Shown: piece after piece, positions 54,901-64,000 of the stretch
How the letters are laid out: every line of letters starts with the position of its first letter
Numbering within the stretch: the stretch's first letter is position 1
Origin: Octopus vulgaris
Lineage: Eukaryota
Reading direction: 5' to 3'
Assembly (NCBI GenBank): GCA_951406725.2
Contig: OX597818.1
Location: 57,226,001 to 57,290,000, forward strand
DNA length: 64,000 nucleotides
The notes under the pieces: generated by a model
What the model was told of the DNA's origin: nothing
The model's database searches: none
Seen by the model: the letters and a program-made list of their open reading frames with translations, nothing else
Position numbers and translations under genes: made by a program

Positions 54901-55294
54901 AATATGTATAAGTACTCCTGGGGTAAAAAAAAATGGTAGTATCGTAGTTCCGTACGGAACCGCCATGTCGAAGTGGCACCAAACATTATTTTTCAGTATT
55001 GTTACTACTTACCTCCCTTATAGAGATTTTAGTACTAGCTACTTTGCTTCTGTCTGTCTGTCTGTCAATCAAGATTCAGTTGAATTAGGTACTTAAAGTA
55101 AAGCACCAAGCCAATTTGGTATAGACCGCGCAGCTCGAAGTCAGGTGAATACAAGGATGTCCACCTAACAATGCATTACGGGCGTTTCGTTGATCGATTA
55201 AATGGAGCCGCTTGAATCGTCCGTAATGCATTGATACCTTGACATCCTTGTTACTTATATATATATATCGCTATGATATATCACTAGTCACTAA

Positions 55295-55454
55295 GCCTTT
55301 TTTTATTTTCTCTCCCTGTTTATTTCTGTGTTCCTTTCTGTCGAAGAGCGTCGGCTCGAAACATAAGACTTTCTCATTTCCCGAGTGTTAAACTAATACA
55401 TCTGTTTGTTGTTTACACACCCCTCTTCGTCTTTTGTTTTTTTTTTGTAAATTC

Positions 55455-55460
<6 letters not shown>
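55295..55460 (+). mobile_element. Short PLE-derived element with variant HHR
   Basis: cttt-CTGTCGA-a-gagc gtcg gctc-GAAA-ca-TA-agac; ends in (TA)n. Confidence 0.72.
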
Positions 55461-55520
<60 letters not shown>

Positions 55521-55525
55521 TATAT

Positions 55526-55992
<467 letters not shown>

Positions 55993-55995
55993 ATA

Positions 55996-56730
55996 AATTG
56001 AGAATATAATCATTAAAATGATTAAATCAGTGACCCCCGTATTGTAACATCCGTATCGGTAAAATTGATATTTAAGTATACAATTACAAGTATATAATTA
56101 TAGTTAAGGGCGATGGAGGGACAACGCCAATACGCTAGAAGTAGAAGTCAAATGTTTACAAACCACTCTATATATGTTCTCCTTTTGGTATATATATTTG
56201 AATTCTCTAATCATTATATTTGCTCCTGTACTATTGTGACAACAGGCACATGGCTGATAATGGCGATTAGATCTAATATATATCTTGGAAATGTATGTAT
56301 ATATTGGTATTTGTATGCAAGTATTTATCGGTATGTATATATATATATTTCACTTATGTATGGTCAGTATATTTTACTGATGACTGCAAAGTAATTTTTA
56401 TTACAAAGCAGAAAATCCTAAGATTATATCTTAAGATTTTCTGCTTGTCCGAAATTCTTACGATTTCTTGTCCGAAATTCTTAAGAAATATCTTAAGATC
56501 TTCGGCTTGTCCGAAATTTCATAAATTTTGCCAATTTCCCCGCATTCAATTTTGTACCAAAAGGAGAACGTATTTAAAGTGGTTTGTAGATATTTGACAT
56601 CTATTTCTTGGCGTTGTCCCATAGTAATTATATATTTATAATTATATACCTAAATATTAATTTTACCGATATGGTAGTTTTAATACACTGGTCACTGATT
56701 TAATCATTTTAATGATTATATCCTCAATTC
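55996..56730 (+). mobile_element. Foldback element between microsatellites with internal HHR fold
   Basis: 55996-56103 inverted to 56621-56730. Confidence 0.8.
56371..56424 (+). ncRNA. Type-I hammerhead fold, one mismatch at U16.1
   Basis: atttta-CTGATGA-c-tgc aaa gtaat tttt attac aaa gca-GAAA-at-CC-taagat. Confidence 0.6.
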
Positions 56731-56889
56731 ACACACACACACACACACACATACATTCAGGCTGATATACAGAAACACGCCGACACACTAGTGTGTATCA
56801 CGCGCTGTACGCACACAGCGGAGCGTATACTTACAGATAAAGTTTATTAACACACATAGACACATCTTTATCTATCTATCTGTATATAT

Positions 56890-57306
56890 AGAATCAGATG
56901 AATATGGTACTTAAGTTGAAGGCACCAGAATTTAGTATGGTATTATCCATATAATTTAAAATAAGGTGATTATAACCAAATAAGCAACAAGGATATCCAG
57001 AGGTAATGCAGTACGATCGTTTCATGCGACTCCATTTAATTGAACAATGCAAACATTTACATCAATTTCAAATGTAGAGCAATCTTCAGCTGCATAAAAA
57101 TATAGAATTGAGTTAAATTCGAAGGACTCATTTGTATATTTTTAAAAAATCCAAAATCACCAAGAGGATAAGGAGATAGACAAAGAACATGTTTTACCAA
57201 CAACATCTCAGTTGTAACTCTTGTAAATTGATGTAAATGTTTGCATTGTTCTATTAAATGGAGTCGCATGAAACGATCGTACTGCATTACGTTGTTGCTT
57301 ATTTTG
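56890..57306 (-). mobile_element. TA-embedded element with inverted partial copy
   Basis: 56977-57068 inverted to 57225-57306. Confidence 0.8.
57006..57095 (-). ncRNA. Type-I hammerhead ribozyme fold with long stem II and intact core
   Basis: atgcag-CTGAAGA-[t tgc..ctc..cattt..aattga..tgtaaa/tttgca..tcaatt..aaatg gag..gca t]-GAAA-cgatcg-TA-ctgcat. Confidence 0.8.
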
Positions 57307-57314
57307 AATATCTG

Positions 57315-57367
<53 letters not shown>

Positions 57368-57492
57368 TTTATTTAAAGCAGCAGAAAATTCAACAAAACC
57401 TGTTACTCTGAGTTTAAATAAAGCATATTACTCTACCACTGGTATTTGAGTACTCTTTTTTCCACCTTGTTTCACATTTATGTGTTTACTCC

Positions 57493-57531
<39 letters not shown>

Positions 57532-58237
57532 GCACGCATACACAAATGCATGTGGACAGGTAAATAAAGATTCTATACAAATATACCCACACGTGCATGT
57601 GTATATTCTAATGCACGTTCTTTTATAGGTAGCCTTGCATGTATTTCATTGTTCTGTACATGTATGTATATGCCTATGAAGAAATGTAGATATTAACACT
57701 TATGTATGTGCATTAGTATGTATTCTACACATGCACAGATACATTTAAATGTGTGTGTGTGTGTAAAGGAAACAATTTCCATTGTATGTCGTGGTTATCT
57801 GTAGCGAAATTGTGCTGGGAAAAAATATACAATTGTAGTGTATAGTTGAAAAGGTAAAGATTTCATTTATACATACATTCCAAGCTCATCGTGTGATCGG
57901 AAAATGGATAGTGTGATTGCTCTATTTATATATAGCTACTCTTATATATCTACTTCTTCCAGTAACATGTTGCAGGCACGTGACGATCGCGTCACGTTAT
58001 TCACTCAGCCAGTAGTATGTCTTTCACATCTCAGATTATCTGGCTACCGCTGGTCCTTAAAATTATACCAGCACGTTTGTATTAAAATCATTCACAGCTC
58101 TTAAACCACTGGCAAGATGGACTCGATTCATTAAGGATTCTCGGCCCTGACTGAGATACATCTTTGTCAGTATCGTCAATCGATACTAATGTTTGGTTCT
58201 TTTAATTTTTTCCCTAAATTCTATAGAGAATTTATAT

Positions 58238-58790
58238 GGTGGCAAGTTGGGAGAAACGTTAGCGGTATCTCGTCTGCCTTTCGGTGTCGATTAAATAAGT
58301 ACCAGTCACGCACTGGTTTCGATATAATCGACTTAATCCGTTTGTCTGTCCTTGTTTGTCCTCTCTGTGTTTAGCCCCTTGTGGGTAGTATAGAAATAGG
58401 TATTTCGTCTGCCGCTACGTTCTGAGTTCAAATTCCACCGAGGTCAACTTTGTCTTTCATTCTTTCGGGGTCGATAAATTAAGTACCAGTGAAACTCTGG
58501 GGGTTGATGTTATCGACCAGATCCCTCCCCACACATTTCAGGCTTTTTGCCACTTGTAGAAATGATTATGTAGTGTGTTGGTGAAACAGCGAGCTGGCAG
58601 AATCGTTACCGCGCCGACAAAATGCCGAGTGGCATTTCGTCCGTCTTTACATTTTAAGTTCAGTTTCAACCGAGCTCGAATTTACCTTTCATTTCTCCGG
58701 GGTCTATAAAATAAGTGCCAATCGAACGCTGATTGACACATATTCCTTAGAAATTGATCACCTTGTGCCAAAATTAGAAACAATTATTTA
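58238..58790 (+). mobile_element. Family A SINEs (deleted dimer plus older copy)
   Basis: Family homology. Confidence 0.8.
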
Positions 58791-59080
58791 AAGTGGCCGT
58801 TCTGTTTTTTTACGACAGTTGATTATACTATGAGAAAATTAAATTATCACTATATCTAGAAGATTAACCAATCTTGTGCGTGGTCACAAACGAAATATTT
58901 TGTGTAGTGTGACATTTGAAAATGAAATTGAAATAAGGTAGAGTTAGAAATCATAATCTATATGGCTTGGCCGAGCAAGATCTATATAATTGCATTATTG
59001 GAGAAAGAAGGAAGTAGGAAACAATGCAAATGGGAAGAAAACACTAACGAAACGTATGTACAGTGGATTCAATTACAGCG

Positions 59081-59122
<42 letters not shown>

Positions 59123-59329
59123 TACATACCTTCGATGTATTTGAATCCACTGTACATATATGTATGTATGTATATATATATATATAATTGCTTAATATGG
59201 AGACGAAATACAACGGGAGAGATTCAACACTTGTATGTATTTAGATATACCAATGAATAAAAATAAATATCTAATTATATGAACACTATTACACATGTAT
59301 TCTTATACTCATGCGTCGGTGCTTACATA

Positions 59330-59388
<59 letters not shown>

Positions 59389-59536
59389 TAAAAACGGTAA
59401 GATAACAAAAGAAAGAAAGAGACCTCAATATTATGTACATAGAGGAAATTTATCTATAAAATATATATATATATCGTTGTATCGTTGGTGATTTTATTTA
59501 TCCGTCTTCCCTTCCTTGGGCTTTTCCTTTTCCTAT

Positions 59537-59571
59537 GTTTCTGACGAAGAGCTCCGCTCGAAACTTTAAAT
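59537..59571 (+). ncRNA. Minimal type-I hammerhead fold
   Basis: gttt-CTGACGA-a-gagc tcc gctc-GAAA-ct-TT-aaat; stem III palindrome broken by one change. Confidence 0.65.
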
Positions 59572-59744
59572 CCTCCTTGTCCTCACGTTGTTGTGTTTTC
59601 TCTTTGTTCATGTTTGGATTAAATATATATATCATTGCGATCACCATTACATTATTATCTCCCCTTCTTTCTACCTTTCCCGTCAAACCATTTTTTTCCC
59701 AATCACCTGCCATGCTTGATCGCTAAATCCACAAGTTTCTGTTT

Positions 59745-59895
59745 TAATCCTCTCCCTGTTTATTTTGTCTTATACCTTTTTGTTGAAGAGCGTAGGCTCG
59801 AAACATAAAAGACTCCCACTTTCCCTAGCGTCAAAGTAATACAACTGCTTATTCATTCATCTGTCTTCGCCTAGTTTTTCTGTAAATTTCAACTA
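59745..59895 (+). mobile_element. Short PLE-derived element with variant HHR
   Basis: cttt-TTGTTGA-a-gagc gtag gctc-GAAA-ca-TA-aaag; ends at (CA)/(TA)n. Confidence 0.7.
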
Positions 59896-59898
59896 AAC

Positions 59899-60148
<250 letters not shown>

Positions 60149-60154
<6 letters not shown>

Positions 60155-60308
60155 GGTTTGGAGATGATGTACAGGTATTTTATATTAGAAGAAATGAGGT
60201 ACTCAGAAATTCGGATGGTTTTATATTTACAGATATTTATTTGTATATTACATGTTTTTATACATCATATAACTTATATCATATATATAGCGCTTTCGTC
60301 CATTCTGG
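60149..60308 (-). mobile_element. TA-anchored element beginning with the 3' half of an HHR
   Basis: Minus strand cca gaa tgg ac-GAAA-gcgc-TA (palindromic AGCGCT); the CUGANGA half is absent. Confidence 0.5.
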
Positions 60309-60349
60309 TGTATTTTTCAAATTGAACAAAGTTCCTGTAAATCTTTTGA

Positions 60350-60800
60350 CCATTTTATAGTGTTATTGAGTGTGTAGTGGCGGGGAGGGATATAAGATAG
60401 TACAAGAGGGTGATGAATGGGGAGAAAGTGAGAGAGAGAACATGTATGTATGTGTGTGTGTGTATGTGCGCGCGTGTGTTTTTGTATCTGAAAGAGGTGT
60501 GAAAGAAAAAGAAGGGGAGGAAGAAAAGGGAGAGAAGGAAGAAGAGAAAATTGTTTTGCTGGTTTCTTTTGTAGTTGGTCAGGATGTTTACTCCAAGATC
60601 TTGGAGAAAATTTTTTTTCCATTTTATAGTATTACTGAGTGTGTAGTGGTGGAGAGGGATATAAGATAGTACAAGAGGGTGATGAATGGGAGAAGGTGAG
60701 AGAGAGCATATGTGTGTGCCTGTGTGTGTGTGTGTGTGTTTTTGTATCTGAAAGGGTGTGTTAGAGAAAAAGAAGGAAAGGAAGAGAAAGAAGACCATAA
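60350..60800. repeat. ~270-bp direct duplication
   Basis: cattttatagt..gagtgtgtagtgg..gatataagatagtacaagagggtgatgaatggg at 60351 and 60620. Confidence 0.88.
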
Positions 60801-61416
60801 ATTATATTTCCTTTTTATCATTGTCTTGTGTGTGAGAGAGAGCGAGAGTGTGTGTGTGTGTGTTTATGTGCGCGCGTGTGTGGTGCATGTGTTTGTGTCT
60901 TTGTATCTGAAAGTGGTGTTAAGGAGGAATGGTCAAGTCGTTAAGAATAATCAGTGCCACTTTTGTTTTTATTTTTTTGCAACTGTAAATGGTTTTTGGT
61001 TTTAAGAAATTGGCCATTTCAAAAAAGAATTGTCTGGATTTCTTTTTATTATTATTTTGTAAAGGTGTGTGTGTGCGTGTGTCTGTGATTCTTGAAGGGG
61101 TGTCGTTGGAAAAGGGAAGAAAGAAGAAAAAGAAATAATTGTGTTGATATTTATACCACTATTCAGTTCTTTCAATCCAATGTTTAATTCCTGTGCTTAC
61201 ATGGAATGGAAAATCTGGAATATATATACATATATAGCCGCCAACACTTTTTCTGCAAACTAGGGGGTTTATCCTGTTCAGGGTATATTGTTAGCAATAT
61301 CTTGTGTTTGAGAATTGAAAAAAATCACTTCTTTGACTTTCTAAGACATCTCAACGCTTCTAAAGCAAACTTCCTTTGTTTGCTTACTTTCATCGTAATA
61401 TATATATATATATAAT

Positions 61417-61700
61417 TTAGAAAACAGAGAGATCCAATGCACACGAATTAATTTAATTTATTAATTAATCAACATATCAACCAAGGAGTTGTTTCATTTC
61501 TCAAATAAGATTAAAATTGCAAAACGTATATTAAAAGATATAATTTTGCATTTTAAATACCTTAGGCATATAAATTAAAAGGTATATTGTTGTATATGTT
61601 ACGCAATTTTAATCTCATTTGAGAAATAAAACAAATGTTGGTTAAGATGTTGATAAATTAATAAAATAATTCGTATCCGTTAGAACTTTTTATTTTCTAA
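61417..61700. repeat. Diverged foldback (~140-bp arms) next to (TA)n
   Basis: tttctcaaataagattaaaattgc inverted to gcaattttaatctcatttgagaaa. Confidence 0.75.
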
Positions 61701-62098
61701 CTCAATAAAAACGAGTGATATCTTGTGATATTCTACATAATATCTTCATTAAAAGATTTTGTTTCTTCAAAATTTAATATATTAAACCAGTGTATCTTGG
61801 ATAAATATCCCTATAAGAGGGTTGAATATACTCACTGTGACTATGTATATATATGTATATACACATATAAATCTCTCTCTGTATGTATATATATATATAT
61901 ACATATATATATACACGCTCACATACGTATATAAATCTATCTATATATCTATCTATTTATATATAAATATACATACACTCATAAATATGTAAATCTATAT
62001 ATATGTATACATACACACATGCATATATAAATTTCTATATATTTTTTCATACACATATATAGACCTATATATATATATATACATACACACATATAGAA

Positions 62099-62130
<32 letters not shown>

Positions 62131-62197
62131 TATATATATATACATACATACATATATAAATCTATATACATATATGTATATATATATATATATATAT

Positions 62198-62985
62198 ACA
62201 CAATTTAGAGGATTGACCACTAAAAGTGGACACCCTGTATGCCAGTTTTTGCTGAATTTTTTCTTGAGAACACATTCTCCGTGGAAAATGACGATTTTGA
62301 CGTCTATATCTAGCATACAGGTTGTCTACTTTTAGTGGTCAATCCTCTAAATTTTGTATGTAAAAAAATTTTTAATCTTCAGATTTTTTAAAAATATGCT
62401 AGGCCACTGGTTTTAATTGATTAATATCAATTTCTACCCTTATTTAATTTTAAATAAAAAAAAAAATGTTCCCTAGCCGGTAAATTGACTACTGTAGTTT
62501 CTTAACTGCAGAGTAATTTCCGATTTCAGCACGCCAAAGTGAGGGTATTTGAAAGATACACATAAATATAAATTGTGGAACTCTATATAATGCTGGATTT
62601 CGGTCGAGCGCCCTGTATCTATTTCTAGAAATTGTTTCATAAACGACAGACTATACTGATGATCTTGCAGATGTTTATGTATTCATATACGTAAATTATT
62701 AACGAGTGAAACTAATTAGTACATAGGTAGTCGTTTTTTATTTCGTATATTTTCATTTGTCTTGCTTATTTTTACGCTTTGGTTTTTTGCTGAATTTTTT
62801 CTTGAGAACACATTCTCCGTGGAAAATGGCGATTTTGACGTCTATATCTAGCATACAGGCTGTCCACATTTAGAGGTCAGTCCTTTAAATTTTGTATGTA
62901 AAAAATGTTTAATCTTTGGATTTTTAAAATATGCTAGGCCACTGGTTTTAATTGATTAATATCAATTTCTACCCTTATTTAATTA
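62198..62985 (+). mobile_element. Miniature PLE-like element: inverted 5' piece + ~200-bp direct repeats (pseudo-LTRs), in (TA)n
   Basis: 62198-62243 inverted to 62312-62358; 62246-62449 repeated at 62783-62984. Confidence 0.85.
62651..62726 (+). ncRNA. Type-I hammerhead fold with long stem II and intact core
   Basis: ctata-CTGATGA-t cttg..gtttatgtat tcat atacgtaaat..cgag t-GAAA-ctaattag-TA-catag. Confidence 0.78.
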
Positions 62986-62995
62986 TATATATATA

Positions 62996-64000
62996 ATCCC
63001 AGGAATGACACGATGCAAACGAGGACAGGCGAGGTCCCTCCTGAACCTCATCAACACTCTGTACATGGAGCAAGTAATACTCCAACCAACCAGGGAAGGT
63101 AACATACTGGATCTCTGCTTCACAAATAATATGGATCTCATCCATAATGTGAAAGTGACACCGACAGTACTCTCGGATCACAACATGGTAGAGCTGACCA
63201 TGTACGGGCCAAAGGAAAGCATGGACATGCAGCCTACAAGAAACCTCAGAATCTTTCCAGCTTGAACTTCCATAAGGCAAACTGGAAACAAATTGAGAAA
63301 GAGATCCTCAAACAAAACTGGCCTGAATGTCTCTCCTCGCCAGACATCGACATGAAACTTCAACAATTCATGTCTGTAATGCAAGCCATATACTACAAAT
63401 GTGTCCCAGAGAGAAAGGCCACAGTACACAAGAACAAAATCTCCAGTGAGAGGAAAATTCTAATGCGACGGCGTACAAAAGTTTCAAATCGCCTAAACAA
63501 ACAGATTGAAAGCAGTGAAAAGTCCCGCCTGAAAATAAAACTGTTGGAAATTGAAAAAATGTCTGCAACTCTCCCATGAAAAAGAAAGAGCTGGCAAAGA
63601 AGCCTGGGCTATAGACAACATAAAATCTAACCCCAGAGCTTTCTACAGGTATGCCAAAGAAACAGCTAAGGGGCACTGTAGGATAGGGCCACTCCTTGAA
63701 AAGGATGGCACACTCACAGGAAATCCAATGAGGATAAGTGAAATACTAAATGAGAAATTCAAGAGTATTTTCACTCCACCCCTAGGGCATTTTCAAGTCA
63801 GCAATCCAACTGACTTCTTTACCACTGCAGATATAAAATCAGAGGCAGCGATGATTGATTACATCAATATTAAGGAAGACGATGTAATACAGGCTATAGA
63901 TGAAATGAAAACAAACTCAGCTACTGGCCCCGATGGATTCCCAGCAATCCTTCTAAAAGTATGTAAGAGAGTCTTAGCAAGACCACTGCAGTTCCTCTTT
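62996..64000 (+). pseudogene. 5'-truncated CR1-clade LINE ORF2 (endonuclease C-terminus to RT start), runs off the window
   Basis: QPTREGNILDLCFTN..SDH, NFHKANW, NPRAFYRY, SATGPDGFPAILLKVC..LARPL; has frameshifts. Confidence 0.92.

Overview
AT-rich, repeat-saturated eukaryotic DNA. The SINE, Helitron and microsatellite content is very like an octopus/cephalopod genome (inference), and the window looks intergenic or intronic. No intact host gene is visible, and most listed ORFs are microsatellite or SINE read-throughs. Recognisable content: a decayed Penelope-like element (PLE; RT plus GIY-YIG); fragments of CR1-, RTE-, Jockey/I-like and restriction-like-endonuclease (R4/Dong-type) LINEs; two decayed mariners and a hAT fragment; several non-autonomous Helitrons; more than 30 tRNA-derived SINE copies in three families; mini- and microsatellites. 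The main hidden signal is a set of mutually unrelated short elements in (TA)n tracts, with foldback or partial-tandem PLE-like architecture. Many of them carry type-I hammerhead ribozyme (HHR) folds with palindromic stem III. Three of these have an unusually long stem II (about 45-57 nt), and one family has a recurrent core substitution. Structures were paired by eye and coordinates are approximate to a few bases.
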